From: Candidatus Saccharimonadota bacterium
GTDB taxonomy: Bacteria > Patescibacteriota > Saccharimonadia > Saccharimonadales > Saccharimonadaceae
Assembly (NCBI GenBank): GCA_013316435.1
Contig: WSMR01000001.1
Span: 1 to 45,325, forward strand
Direction: 5' to 3'
Length of the DNA stretch: 45,325 nt
Below the pieces are notes generated by a model. The model was not told the origin of the DNA and made no database searches. It was given only the letters and a program-made list of their open reading frames with translations. Shown here one piece after another: positions 1 through 9,682 of this stretch (positions are counted from its first letter, which is position 1; every line of letters starts with the position of its first letter). Position numbers and translations under genes: made by a program.

Positions 1-1
1 T

Positions 2-226
2 GGTTCTACTAAGCTCAGACAGTCTCCTCTTGATTTTGTCTACACTGGCTACTACGGTTACTCTGGTGGTTCGCTGGACTATGAGGGGTCGTTCGGCCTC
101 TACTGGTCGCGTACCGCTGGCTCGGGTTCGAGTGCATACGACCTGTACTTCAATATCTCCAGTGTCGACCCTCAGGATCGCGACAATCGTGGCCACGGTT
201 TCGCTCTTCGCTGCGTCGGGAGGTGA
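2..226 (+). CDS. 3' end of a Fib_succ_major/CLec-like variable protein or cassette A1 (partial, runs off the window start)
   Basis: Frame 2 reads GSTKLRQSPLDFVYTGYYGYSGGSLDYEGSFGLYWSRTAGSGSSAYDLYFNISSVDPQDRDNRGHGFALRCVGR* (TGA 224-226). G.YWS and GF.LRCV motifs; 1-221 is identical to 12685-12905. Confidence 0.75.
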   Translation, partial: GSTKLRQSPLDFVYTGYYGYSGGSLDYEGSFGLYWSRTAGSGSSAYDLYFNISSVDPQDRDNRGHGFALRCVGR

Positions 227-238
227 GAAAAAGATGTG

Positions 239-1165
239 CTAGAGTATCCAGTCTACCTGATTAATAGCTTCCCCGTTGACAATCCCTAGCATTGAATCAG
301 TCCAAACTTCGAACATCCACACAAGGGCTTCTTTGGTGCAGTGTGCATTATGTGGCGTTACAAAAATATTCCCATTGTATGAATGGTTTAATATTGCCGG
401 ATCGTCACTCTCAAACGCTACGCCGCCAAGTTCACCAGCTTCACATTTCTCGACCAAACGTTTTGTGATTTCTTCAAAACCATTTGAAACGACGATAATT
501 TTCATATTTTTATTGAACTTTGAAAGATCATCAAACAGCGCGGTGCTTTCGGGATTTTTGGAAATCGTGATGAACATAAATTCTGAGCGTTCGAGCATAT
601 CTTCAAAAGGCCAGTAATGAAAATCGGGGTCGTTTTGATTATGCGAATAATAACAAATTTCTTTGTTCCCCACTAGCGGCTCTAACCTCCGCGCCAAAGC
701 ATGACCGATTTCGCCAAAACCGATGATATCGGTTGGCTTATCCCACATTTCGTCGCCAATAAATTCCGGCGCGTAGCTCATTTTACCTTCTCGCTGATAA
801 AGCGGGAAACGTTTTGCAAGTGCCAAAGCCATAAAAATACATTTTTCTGCAACTGAAACACTAGCATAGTGCGGGACATTGGTGACTACGATGTTATGTT
901 CACGGCAACATCTTCCATCCACCAATTCATAGCCAGTAGTTTGTAAGCAGATTGCTTTGAGATTTGGAATTTTTGCGATTGTTTCATTTGGCAACTCCCA
1001 GCCGCTAATGTCCGGATCAAGAGCGAGGACTTTTGGTTCATGGTCTCGCATTGCCGACTCATAGCTTGCTCTGTCTAGAAAAATAACTTTTGCAAATTTT
1101 TCGTGCAACTTCTGCTTTTGTTCGTCGGTAAAATCGGTTTCAAGACCATAAATGTATAGATTCAT
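239..1165 (-). CDS. D-isomer-specific 2-hydroxyacid dehydrogenase family protein
   Basis: VTNVP, Rossmann IIGFGEIG and C-terminal VTPHNA motifs. Confidence 0.85.
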   Translation of the reverse strand: MNLYIYGLETDFTDEQKQKLHEKFAKVIFLDRASYESAMRDHEPKVLALDPDISGWELPNETIAKIPNLKAICLQTTGYELVDGRCCREHNIVVTNVPHYASVSVAEKCIFMALALAKRFPLYQREGKMSYAPEFIGDEMWDKPTDIIGFGEIGHALARRLEPLVGNKEICYYSHNQNDPDFHYWPFEDMLERSEFMFITISKNPESTALFDDLSKFNKNMKIIVVSNGFEEITKRLVEKCEAGELGGVAFESDDPAILNHSYNGNIFVTPHNAHCTKEALVWMFEVWTDSMLGIVNGEAINQVDWIL

Positions 1166-1731
1166 TTTTGCTCCTCAGTGTTTTTTTGAATCTCAAAAGT
1201 ATAGTAAGTGGCGTGTTTAGCCGGCTCACATAATAGCTGCTGTATCGTAATTTCACCATTTAGTAAGCGCAGCTGTTTAATGAGGTGACTGCTAGTAACA
1301 ATTAAGATCGTGTCATTGTTACTATGCGTTGTTCTAATTTTATCCAAGAAACGTTTGACACGGGCAGTCATATCGGCGACCGATTCGTATTTATCTTGAT
1401 AACGAGCCGTGACTGGGTCGGGCTGAGCATCGCGCCAGCCTTTGGCTTCGCTATAGGGTTGCCCTTCAAAACCATTTTTGGTGTCGTCCAATAATTCTTC
1501 CACTATTAAATCTAGATTATGATAACGATTAATGATCTCGGCGGTTTGCCGTGTGCGCGGTAAACGCGAAATATAAATTGCATCAAAATGATGATCTTTC
1601 AGTTGCTTAGCTAAGTCCTCGGCTTGTTTGATGCCTTTTGTAGTCAAATGAACATCGACGCTGGGATCGTAATTGACTAAATCTTTGACATTATAATTAG
1701 TTTCAGCATGTCGGGTGGCGATCAGCTTCAT
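1162..1731 (-). CDS. histidine phosphatase (phosphoglycerate mutase-like) family protein
   Basis: N-terminal RHAET, LT..G..QA, S.L.RT.QTA; the second catalytic His region is divergent (VTSS). Confidence 0.8.
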   Translation of the reverse strand: MKLIATRHAETNYNVKDLVNYDPSVDVHLTTKGIKQAEDLAKQLKDHHFDAIYISRLPRTRQTAEIINRYHNLDLIVEELLDDTKNGFEGQPYSEAKGWRDAQPDPVTARYQDKYESVADMTARVKRFLDKIRTTHSNNDTILIVTSSHLIKQLRLLNGEITIQQLLCEPAKHATYYTFEIQKNTEEQK

Positions 1732-2423
1732 TCACTCTCCTCCCAAATTTGGAATTTATCGTCTTCAACGTAAACGAGTTGATTATCGTTCAGACAGATG
1801 ATTGGATAATCAATACTGTAGAATTCTTCCGGATGTTCGCGAAGAAATCTTGAAAATTTTTCGCGTTTTGCGCCTTCGCGATTCCAGTGCGGTCGAATAA
1901 GAAAATTTATTAGTCCTAATCCGCGAAAATCTTTTAATTCAGGAACTTGATTCAGTGCGTCGGCACTCATTGCTTTTTGCGCGGTAATATCTCGGCTGCA
2001 TACAATCGATCCGGCGCTCTCACCGATATATGGAACACCTTTTTCTAATATTTTTTGGATAATTTGTCTGAAATTGCATTCGTGCATCCATTTAAGAAGA
2101 TAAAAATTATTGCCGCCCTGCACAAAGACCACATCTTTGTCTGCAAGTTCTTGCTCGACTTCTGCTTCGGATTTTTCGGCGATATCATAATCAAAAACTT
2201 GCCAACCATGCTGCTGTAAAATTTCGCGACCTTCGTCAATCCAATCGCGCTGATCGACAGGATGTAAATTACCAGCCGTAATAATATAAGAGACTTTGAT
2301 TTCTTCTGCGGCTCTGTTTAGTAATTTTTCGATATCCCCCATTACCATTTTTGCTATGCCTTTGCCGCGGAAACTGGAGGTGAGATATAGGTGTTGAGTA
2401 TGGTTATTTTTTCTAGATTTCAT
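1728..2423 (-). CDS. peptidase S51 / dipeptidase E-like (class I glutamine amidotransferase-like fold)
   Basis: VQGGN, GESAG nucleophile elbow, RPH. Confidence 0.85.
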   Translation of the reverse strand: MKSRKNNHTQHLYLTSSFRGKGIAKMVMGDIEKLLNRAAEEIKVSYIITAGNLHPVDQRDWIDEGREILQQHGWQVFDYDIAEKSEAEVEQELADKDVVFVQGGNNFYLLKWMHECNFRQIIQKILEKGVPYIGESAGSIVCSRDITAQKAMSADALNQVPELKDFRGLGLINFLIRPHWNREGAKREKFSRFLREHPEEFYSIDYPIICLNDNQLVYVEDDKFQIWEESE

Positions 2424-2961
2424 ATTCTTTTACCTCCGCGTTGCCAAGATGTGTTGCGCCGTAAATATCGCCCTCTTCATGCTCGGACAATATCCAGTCA
2501 AAAGCCTTAGACATGCCGCCGTGACCAACTACAAGAATTCGTGCGCCATCATCGTACTTCTGTTTTAGATAATCTACAAAATCATTAGCGCGCTTAATCA
2601 CGCTTTTTACTATTTCGACGTCTCCCGGAATTTTGTCTAGATCGATGTCGTCAATATTGACACCATCTACGAGCTCCGACCAGGACTCTATGATTTTACC
2701 TTCAAAATCACCGAACGATCTCTCTATCAATAAATCATGATAATTGATATCGTAGCGATCTCCTACGGCGATCTCTGCTGTTTCCGCAGCACGTTTCAGT
2801 GGCGAGGCGTAAACGGCGTCAAATTCTAGGTCTTTGATATTTTCGCGCATTTCTTCGGCTTGCGCTCGCCCAGTCGCATTCAATGATAAATCTATGCGAC
2901 CTTGTGCGCGCATTTCTAAATTCCAGTCGGTTTGACCGTGACGAGCAAGATAGATTTTCAT
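2413..2961 (-). CDS. histidine phosphatase family protein
   Basis: RHGQTDWN, SPLKRA, ERSFG.FEG, VGHGG. Confidence 0.9.
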   Translation of the reverse strand: MKIYLARHGQTDWNLEMRAQGRIDLSLNATGRAQAEEMRENIKDLEFDAVYASPLKRAAETAEIAVGDRYDINYHDLLIERSFGDFEGKIIESWSELVDGVNIDDIDLDKIPGDVEIVKSVIKRANDFVDYLKQKYDDGARILVVGHGGMSKAFDWILSEHEEGDIYGATHLGNAEVKEYEI

Positions 2962-3287
2962 AACTCTATCCCTTCTCCCTCCGCGGCATCATTTAAAAGC
3001 GAAATAATTTGGGCGCCATATTTTTCGAAATCCGCTTTGACATCGGGACGATTCAACCAATCAAAATCGGTAGTATGTGCAACATAGCCAACTCTTTTAC
3101 GAATTGAGCGCCCAGTCGGTCGGCGACCATCCGTAGTTTTCTGACCTTTGGCATATTCGTATTCTTCAAGAACTAAAATATCACCTGGTTCACATTCAAA
3201 GTCATTTACTCGGTATTCAAAAGTTTTTTCGCCGGATTTGATGGCCTCAAAATATTCTGGGCTAATTTTCTTATGAATTTCGCGCAT
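2958..3287 (-). CDS. DUF3850/ASCH-like domain protein
   Basis: KI.PEYFEAI.SG.KTFE.R.ND...GD.L.L.E pattern. Confidence 0.75.
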   Translation of the reverse strand: MREIHKKISPEYFEAIKSGEKTFEYRVNDFECEPGDILVLEEYEYAKGQKTTDGRRPTGRSIRKRVGYVAHTTDFDWLNRPDVKADFEKYGAQIISLLNDAAEGEGIEL

Positions 3288-3955
3288 TATTTATGCTCCT
3301 TAATTATTTTCCCATTTTGCGCTACGATGTAATCATTACCGAGAATCACCGGTGGCTCATTATCAATAATTTTTAAAGCCGAATCGTCGGATATTGCAAA
3401 AACAGGTAGATTGGTAAACTCGGAAGCTTTGATAACCTCGGGCTTATCAAACTTATAGCAGCCATGCAAGTGTGGTAAGAAAATAATCGGTACAAAATTC
3501 ATAAAATGTTCAGCAGTGCGTTTTTCTTTGTAGACCGATTTTTGGATTTCGTCGGCTTCTTTATGACACATCACGCAGGACCCAGCTGAACTACCGACCC
3601 AAACTTTCTCTGCCAAGATTTCCGGCAGAATTTTATCGAACCTCGTTTTCATAAAAACATTAGCAAGATAATCCGTGTTGCCGCCAAAACAGAAGATCAT
3701 ATCGGTGGGTTCAATCCGTGATTTTATATATTCAAGGTCGTGCGCTTGAAGATCGATAAATTCAACATTACCACCAATAACGTGCGCTAAGTTTTCAAGT
3801 TCTTCTGTAAACCAGCGCATATCACCAGCCTCGGCTTTGATCGCCTCGTTAATCACCGCAACGTTAATTTTGTCGCGTGATTTCCCAGTCATTTCTTCAA
3901 GATTTGTGATAATTTCCTCGTTGGCAAGACCGCTGGAGGCGAGTATTAACTTCAT
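3287..3955 (-). CDS. peptidase S51 / dipeptidase E-like protein
   Basis: FGGNT, GSSAG, LPH. Confidence 0.85.
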   Translation of the reverse strand: MKLILASSGLANEEIITNLEEMTGKSRDKINVAVINEAIKAEAGDMRWFTEELENLAHVIGGNVEFIDLQAHDLEYIKSRIEPTDMIFCFGGNTDYLANVFMKTRFDKILPEILAEKVWVGSSAGSCVMCHKEADEIQKSVYKEKRTAEHFMNFVPIIFLPHLHGCYKFDKPEVIKASEFTNLPVFAISDDSALKIIDNEPPVILGNDYIVAQNGKIIKEHK

Positions 3956-4007
3956 ATTAAATCTCCTTTATTAAAATTTGTCTGATCGTGATGGACAATG
4001 TAGGGCT

Positions 4008-4553
4008 TCATGACTCCTCCATTATTTTGATAAGCATGTCATAAAATGGCTGACGATTCATCATTATTCCGCTTTTGATCAGCTGCTTAAATTCTTTAAT
4101 ATCGACTAATTTTACAGCTTGAACTTCACTACTCTGTAAAATGAATTTCCGTGGGTCGATTTCTGGGATTTTGACTAAAAAACAATCAAAAATTTGACGA
4201 TCGGTCATTTTTTCACCACCCCACTCGTAGGTGCTGGATCTTTGGTAAGTCGTAATATGATGTAGTCTTGCCACCACCCCTGTATTTATCCCGATTTCTT
4301 CAGTAGTCTCACGCATAGCGGCGGACAAAGCATCCTCGCCTGCATCCACATGACCGGCCGCAGCTAAATCCCATTTGCCTGGATGGGTCAGTTTTTCTTG
4401 ACTGCGTTGTTGCAACAAAATCTCATTCTTGTCATTCAGAATCGCGACCACAATACAGCGGTGCCAAAGCCCCTTTTTGTGCACCTCATCTCGCGAAGCA
4501 ATTTGCCCGGTTTTGATCCCGTTTTCGTCGAGTACGTCAATCATTTCCGGCAT
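4008..4553 (-). CDS. NUDIX hydrolase (IPP isomerase-like subfamily)
   Basis: GLWHR, LLQQRS..K...PG.WD, Nudix box GHVDAGE....AAMRETTEEIG. Confidence 0.85.
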   Translation of the reverse strand: MPEMIDVLDENGIKTGQIASRDEVHKKGLWHRCIVVAILNDKNEILLQQRSQEKLTHPGKWDLAAAGHVDAGEDALSAAMRETTEEIGINTGVVARLHHITTYQRSSTYEWGGEKMTDRQIFDCFLVKIPEIDPRKFILQSSEVQAVKLVDIKEFKQLIKSGIMMNRQPFYDMLIKIMEES

Positions 4554-4678
4554 TATGCTTCCCTCCGGAAATCTTGGTATTTCCTAGATATGCTAGGAAA
4601 TAAGACTAGTCTTATTGAAAAAATCATTCTATATATTATTATACATTAAAATTACATTCTTGATAGTGCTTGACGCTT

Positions 4679-5173
4679 CTAATGAGGATTCTGCTCGTAC
4701 CGTTCTAACTTTAATAACTCAATTTTGCGCTCAATCCCGCCAGCATAGCCAACTATCTTGCCATTTGTGCCAACGACGCGGTGGCACGGAATAATAAGCG
4801 AGATTTTATTTTTGCCAACTGCTCCGCCGATTGCTTGTGCGGACATTTTCGCAATCTTTCTTTCCTTTGCGATTATTTTTGCAATTTCTCCGTAGGTCAT
4901 TGTTTCGCCATATGGAATAGTCTCAAGAATTTGCCAAACTTCTTTTTGAAATTCTGTCCCAACTAGTTCCAGTTTTGGTTGGGAGCCCGGTTCTTTACCG
5001 TCAAAATATCCATCCAGCCACGCACGGGTTTCTTTTAGTACTGAGTTTTCTTGTTTGATACAAGTTTCAGTTTTATAAGTTCGGTCAGCAAACCACAGTC
5101 CAGTCAATTTGGTCTCGTTTGCGACAAGGATAATTTTTCCGAGCGGCGATTGATAGCTAGTAGAGTAAAACAT
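4679..5173 (-). CDS. ogt: methylated-DNA--protein-cysteine methyltransferase
   Basis: GTEFQ..VW, IPYGET.TYG, active-site PCHRV. Confidence 0.93.
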   Translation of the reverse strand: MFYSTSYQSPLGKIILVANETKLTGLWFADRTYKTETCIKQENSVLKETRAWLDGYFDGKEPGSQPKLELVGTEFQKEVWQILETIPYGETMTYGEIAKIIAKERKIAKMSAQAIGGAVGKNKISLIIPCHRVVGTNGKIVGYAGGIERKIELLKLERYEQNPH

Positions 5174-5233
5174 TTATATAATTATATATGAAAGTTGCGA
5201 TTGGCGCTTCGAAGTTGTGCTACAATATAGTAT

Positions 5234-5428
5234 ATGTATAGACCGTTGATTTCTTTTATTCTAATTGTTGCTGTTGCTGTGGTGGCGTTGCTCGCAAGTG
5301 GCATGGTTGAGGTTGATATTGATATTCGCGACCAAGATGGCAATCCGATTAAACGTAAAAAACAGGATAAGTTTACTAAAACGGAGGATATTGTCGAAGC
5401 GGAAATCGTGGATGATGAGGATGAATAA
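5234..5428 (+). CDS. small membrane-anchored hypothetical protein
   Basis: Hydrophobic N-terminus, acidic tail, TGCTACAAT -10 just upstream of the ATG. Confidence 0.6.
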   Translation: MYRPLISFILIVAVAVVALLASGMVEVDIDIRDQDGNPIKRKKQDKFTKTEDIVEAEIVDDEDE

Positions 5429-5449
5429 TTCGGATTTGGAATTATCTAC

Positions 5450-5668
5450 TCAGATATCTTGAGAGTCTATAACTTCTTGCTCTAGATAATTCTGTGAATC
5501 TTCAGCTTCAGCGATTCTTTCATGATAACTTGTAAGCGCAGCAAATGGCGAGAATTGTGCAGCGCGATTTTCGATAGGCATTTTCGGGCGCCTAGAAACT
5601 GGCCGTTCAAGATCGATGATATCGGTATATCGATTCTGAGAATCAAGGTTTCTAGTACTAGATTTCAT
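5450..5668 (-). CDS. YolD-like protein (short, N-terminal motif only)
   Basis: Y.DIIDL.RP.S.RP.M....RAAQF.PFAAL motif, directly downstream of a Y-family polymerase. Confidence 0.7.
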   Translation of the reverse strand: MKSSTRNLDSQNRYTDIIDLERPVSRRPKMPIENRAAQFSPFAALTSYHERIAEAEDSQNYLEQEVIDSQDI

Positions 5669-7073
5669 TCTTGATGCCCTCCAATTTGCCGCCTGCGGCT
5701 AAGTCCAGTTGCGCCTTTTTCAAGATTAATACCACTAAAAATTGCATTTTTGCCAAAGCGTTGACGGATTTTCTTGCTAGAGATTTTTGTGATTCAAAAA
5801 GATTTAGTTGTTTAGGGCTAGGTTGTTCATTTTCTAGAGTCAAATTCCCCACCGTGAGCGTAATTCTGCGCACCGTGAAATCCGGATTTGCGATTTTATC
5901 GAATAACTCTACAAAACCGGCTCGAATTCGAGTGAGTTCGAGACTGGGCGCATCGAGACGCAACGTTCCGTGTGCTGGTTTGGGTGCAAGTTTGCCATAG
6001 CGATTTATTTTGGTTTCGCCGCTATGTGGATTTTCGGTATCATAATTTAGATCGAGTACCAATTGGTCGGTAACAAGATTTTGCAAAGTTAATTTGAGCG
6101 CTAGGTCCTCGACCATTTCTTTAACGATTGTGCGCGCTTCAGTGTGATTATATGGACGCGATAAAACCTGGCCGTTGCACAAACTACGATCGTGTGGTTG
6201 ATAGTTTTTGATTTCGCGGATTCCTACTGGCTCAATTCCCCAAGCATGATCAATCAAAAGTTCGGCATTCACGCCAAAAAGTTTGAATAGTAAATCTTCG
6301 TTTGTAAGTGAGCAGCGCGTAACATCGCCCATGGTGTACATTTGACGGCCAGCAAGTCTGCGCGCCGTTCCGCGCCCTACGCGCCAAAAATCGGTGATTG
6401 GTTGATAATCCCAAAGTTGCTCGCGATAAGATTTTTCGTCTAGCTCGGCAATGCGTACACCGAATTCATTTGGTTTTGCATGTTTTGCGATAATATCCAT
6501 TGCGATTTTAGCAAGATATAAATTAGTGCCGATTCCAGCGGTTGCAGTAATGCCAGTTCTTTTATAAACATTGCGAATCATCATGGTCACAAATTCACGC
6601 GGCGTGTAATTTTGCAAACGTAGATAGCCGGAAATATCACAAAAAACTTCATCAATTGAGTAAGCAAAAATATCTTCGGGTGCAACGTGTTGCAAATAAG
6701 TTGCAAAAATTTCTTGACTATAATCAATGTATTTTTGCATGCGTGGCTTCGCGACAATAAAATCAAGCGCAAATTCCGGATGCCTAGCTAATACTTTTTC
6801 GTCGGTACTTTTACCAACGAATTTACCGCCTGGAGCGTTTCGTTGGCGGTCAAAATTGATAGCTTTTACTTTTGTAATGACTTCAAAAAGTCGTGCGCGC
6901 CCGGGGATGCCGTACTTTTTGAGGCTTGGTGAAACTGCAAGGCAAATGGTTTTCTCGGTACGACTTTGATCGGCGACTACAAGATTTGTTGTCAAAGGGT
7001 CAAGTCCACGCTCGCGACATTCAACTGACGAGTAAAACGATTTCAGATCAATTGCAGCGTAAACTTTTCCCAT
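5658..7073 (-). CDS. Y-family DNA polymerase (UmuC/DinB/ImpB-like) with frameshifted C-terminal tail
   Basis: IDLKSFYSSVEC, YSIDE, GIGTNLYLAK, FWRVG; the family-typical tail FGKNAI...QIGGH lies in another frame ending at 5665. Confidence 0.9.
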   Translation of the reverse strand: MGKVYAAIDLKSFYSSVECRERGLDPLTTNLVVADQSRTEKTICLAVSPSLKKYGIPGRARLFEVITKVKAINFDRQRNAPGGKFVGKSTDEKVLARHPEFALDFIVAKPRMQKYIDYSQEIFATYLQHVAPEDIFAYSIDEVFCDISGYLRLQNYTPREFVTMMIRNVYKRTGITATAGIGTNLYLAKIAMDIIAKHAKPNEFGVRIAELDEKSYREQLWDYQPITDFWRVGRGTARRLAGRQMYTMGDVTRCSLTNEDLLFKLFGVNAELLIDHAWGIEPVGIREIKNYQPHDRSLCNGQVLSRPYNHTEARTIVKEMVEDLALKLTLQNLVTDQLVLDLNYDTENPHSGETKINRYGKLAPKPAHGTLRLDAPSLELTRIRAGFVELFDKIANPDFTVRRITLTVGNLTLENEQPSPKQLNLFESQKSLARKSVNALAKMQFLVVLILKKAQLDLAAGGKLEGIKNEI

Positions 7074-7105
7074 TAACTATATTATATCCTACTTGGCGGA
7101 CGGTA

Positions 7106-7882
7106 TTATTCTACGTCTACACCGCGATCGAAGGTCTTTTGGGCTATGATACAAATTGCGCTAATTGCGACTATATACAAAATATCAACTCCGCAGATTA
7201 CTTTGAAAATTAAGTCTTGGATCGGGCCGTAACTTCCGCCAAATAAGAAATTTGAGATTGATGAATCGAATAAACTCCAAATTAATACTACACCAGGTAT
7301 CAGGAGGCTCGCTCCAATATAAAGTGCGCCACCAGCCGCCCATGACCAAATTCCACGGTGATCGTTTTTGCGATGACCGATAAGAATACCTGCAAAGCCA
7401 CACATTGCCACAAAGAATAACTCAAGTAAGATTGTTGCGATAATTTGCCATAAACTTGATCCGGCGGATCGTAATGCTTGTTGCATTTCTGCAAGCTCTG
7501 TGTTGATTCCTCCAGTGGAACTTAGAAAAGCAAAAATTGTAACCGCTAGGCTGAAGATTATTGCAATTAGGCAAGCAAGGATTTTTGAGCCGAACAGTTG
7601 TCTCTTCGTGACCGGTAAAGTGTGCATAAGATAGGCCTCGTTGCCGTAGAGATTTTTCTGAAAACTTTGCCAACTGCGGGTGATAACGTTGACTAAAATT
7701 CCGATACTAAGCCCGAAGCTACAGCCAAACGCAAAACTACGAATAAATTCGATTAGCCCGTTCGTTCCGTCGCTGACATTAGTGATAATTAAGACCAAAG
7801 TACTGATAATTACGATGACATAGTAGAAACCGAGTACTCTATAAATTGCCTTGAGGTCGTATTTTAATAATTTTGCTAACAT
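7106..7882 (-). CDS. ABC transporter permease
   Basis: About 6 hydrophobic segments, LLKYDLK and YLMHTLPV motifs, follows the ABC ATPase. Confidence 0.8.
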   Translation of the reverse strand: MLAKLLKYDLKAIYRVLGFYYVIVIISTLVLIITNVSDGTNGLIEFIRSFAFGCSFGLSIGILVNVITRSWQSFQKNLYGNEAYLMHTLPVTKRQLFGSKILACLIAIIFSLAVTIFAFLSSTGGINTELAEMQQALRSAGSSLWQIIATILLELFFVAMCGFAGILIGHRKNDHRGIWSWAAGGALYIGASLLIPGVVLIWSLFDSSISNFLFGGSYGPIQDLIFKVICGVDILYIVAISAICIIAQKTFDRGVDVE

Positions 7883-7911
7883 TGAGATCCTTTCGATTTG
7901 AATTTTTAGAT

Positions 7912-8736
7912 TTATAAATGGCTGCGGAAGCGTTTGCGGAAAATTTCATCGATCGAGGCATGTTCCTTTTGGCGCAAGGCATCGGCATCTGATTGAAGAG
8001 CAACCTTGCCATTATCAATGAAGATTACCTCATCAAGAATACGCTCGATATCGGCGATTAAGTGCGTCGAGATTAGCAGGCTGGCGTTTTCGTCGAATTC
8101 GTTAAGAATTGTGTCGAGGATAAAGTCGCGTGTGGCTGGATCAATTCCGCTAAGCGGCTCGTCAAGAATATAAAGATCAGCTTTTCTCGAAATCACCAGG
8201 ATGAGTTGCAGCTTTTCTTGCATACCTTTGCTCATTTTGATAATTTTTTTGTCGAGCTCGAGGTCAAGAATTTTGGCCAGTTTTTTAGCTTTTTCGATGT
8301 CAAAGTCACGGTAAAATTCAGCGAAGAAATTCATTGCTTCGTGAACTTTCATAGTTTTGTCGAGATAAGTGACTTCCGGGAGATAGGAAATTTGCTCTTT
8401 ACTAACGACGCCGATCGGTTGACCTTCCACGAGAACTTCTCCGCTGGTTGGCTGTAGTAAGTCGTTGGCAAGTTTGATGAGTGTGGTTTTGCCAGCGCCA
8501 TTTTTACCGAGCAAACCAATAATTCGTCCGCGCGGAATTGTAAGATTGATGTCTTTTAGCACAGTCCTATCGCCATAACTTTTGCTGACACTCCGGTATT
8601 CAAGTAGCGGAGTGATACTGGCTGATTTTGCGATCGAATTTTTGTCAGTTTTGCCATTAGATTTCTTGTTGGTGGGCTCTTTTGTGGTGGCTTTTTCTGC
8701 GACCGGTTTGTTTGGTTTTGTTTTGCTAGTGGTCAT
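7912..8736 (-). CDS. ABC transporter ATP-binding protein (YtrB-like)
   Basis: Walker A GKNGAGKT, signature MSKGM, Walker B LYILDEP, H-loop STH. Confidence 0.93.
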   Translation of the reverse strand: MTTSKTKPNKPVAEKATTKEPTNKKSNGKTDKNSIAKSASITPLLEYRSVSKSYGDRTVLKDINLTIPRGRIIGLLGKNGAGKTTLIKLANDLLQPTSGEVLVEGQPIGVVSKEQISYLPEVTYLDKTMKVHEAMNFFAEFYRDFDIEKAKKLAKILDLELDKKIIKMSKGMQEKLQLILVISRKADLYILDEPLSGIDPATRDFILDTILNEFDENASLLISTHLIADIERILDEVIFIDNGKVALQSDADALRQKEHASIDEIFRKRFRSHL

Positions 8737-9134
8737 GATTTCTTCCCTTCCTTTATAATTCTTATTAATTCGCGTTCATCTAGACCGAGCGTATGCATTT
8801 CGATGACGAATTCGGCAATTCGATTTTTAATGTATTCTTCGCGTGAATCGACAAGTCGCGCAAGGTTTTTGCTAACGAATTTGCCGTTGGTACGTTCGGT
8901 ATAGATTAAGTTTTTGCGTTCTAGTTCGAGTAGCGCACGCTGAATGGTATTGGGGTTTACGCGTGCCTTGGCGGCGAGCTCGCGTACGGATGGAAGTTTG
9001 CTTGAGGGTGGTAGCTTTCCGGAAATAATCATAGCTTCGAGCTGTTCAACTATTTGAATATAGATTGGCCGTTCGTTGTCGAAATTGAAGTTGAGTTCGG
9101 ACCCTTGGTTGATTGTATTATTTTGTTGACGCAT
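8733..9134 (-). CDS. GntR family regulator, YtrA subfamily
   Basis: PIYIQI, LPSVRELA, VNPNTIQRA HTH; short C-terminus; heads an ABC operon. Confidence 0.9.
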   Translation of the reverse strand: MRQQNNTINQGSELNFNFDNERPIYIQIVEQLEAMIISGKLPPSSKLPSVRELAAKARVNPNTIQRALLELERKNLIYTERTNGKFVSKNLARLVDSREEYIKNRIAEFVIEMHTLGLDERELIRIIKEGKKS

Positions 9135-9156
9135 AGTATAAAAATTAAAATTGTAC

Positions 9157-9229
9157 TGTGTTATTCCAATGATACATCGAATACGGATCGCTATATCATT
9201 GTATTAGTTAACTAATACAATGATATAGC
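9157..9229. promoter_or_regulatory. paired YtrA-type operators
   Basis: Perfect 40-bp palindrome 9190-9229 (core TGTATTA-N6-TAATACA) plus a degenerate copy TGTGTTA-N6-TGATACA at 9157-9176, upstream of the GntR gene. Confidence 0.75.
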
Positions 9230-9285
9230 AGCTGCTCAGACTAGTCAAGTGATTTTTAAAAATATTTTAAAACCTTTAAAACCTA

Positions 9286-9318
9286 AAAACGAACCGGCTA
9301 GAAATACCGGTTCGTTTT
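9286..9318. terminator. intrinsic terminator-like hairpin
   Basis: aaaacgaaccgg-N9-ccggttcgtttt, downstream of the DUF1653 gene. Confidence 0.65.
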
Positions 9319-9337
9319 AACAAGAAACAAAACTGAG

Positions 9338-9589
9338 TTAGTCTTCTCGTACGCTTTTGATATCTTGGAGTTCAAAGCGATATTCTTGACCAAACTCTTG
9401 CGCCTTTTTGGTGTCAAGCTTATTCAGGAATAATGATTTTGGTCTTACCCAAAGTGGAGAGCCGTCATAAAGTCCGCGGTAAATCACCATTTCTTTGCCG
9501 GTTTCGCTATGAGTCGCGATATCCTCTACTAGATATAAATCCCCTTTGTAGTGTCGATAAATACCTTTGATTTTTATTTCATCTATCAT
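9338..9589 (-). CDS. DUF1653 domain protein
   Basis: GIYRHYKG..Y, HSET...MVIY..LY, WVRP. Confidence 0.85.
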   Translation of the reverse strand: MIDEIKIKGIYRHYKGDLYLVEDIATHSETGKEMVIYRGLYDGSPLWVRPKSLFLNKLDTKKAQEFGQEYRFELQDIKSVRED

Positions 9590-9682
9590 CGTTCTTCAAG
9601 TTAATTATAATGGTCTTATTATATCATAGCATTACTTGCGGAGCCCAGTCTAAAAGCACAATCAACATGATATAATGAAGGT

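Noticed and set aside
30-242. Track ORFs over cassettes in other frames (30-242, 11422-11685, 12385-12585, 12600-13013, 12587-12988, 26551-26838, 26744-27010)
   Set aside because: Alternative-frame or antisense shadows of the cassette frame; the conserved motifs are in a different frame.
5450-7073. Y-family polymerase as the source of cassette diversity
   Set aside because: The codon-position-specific pattern fits template adenine mutagenesis; proximity alone is not evidence.
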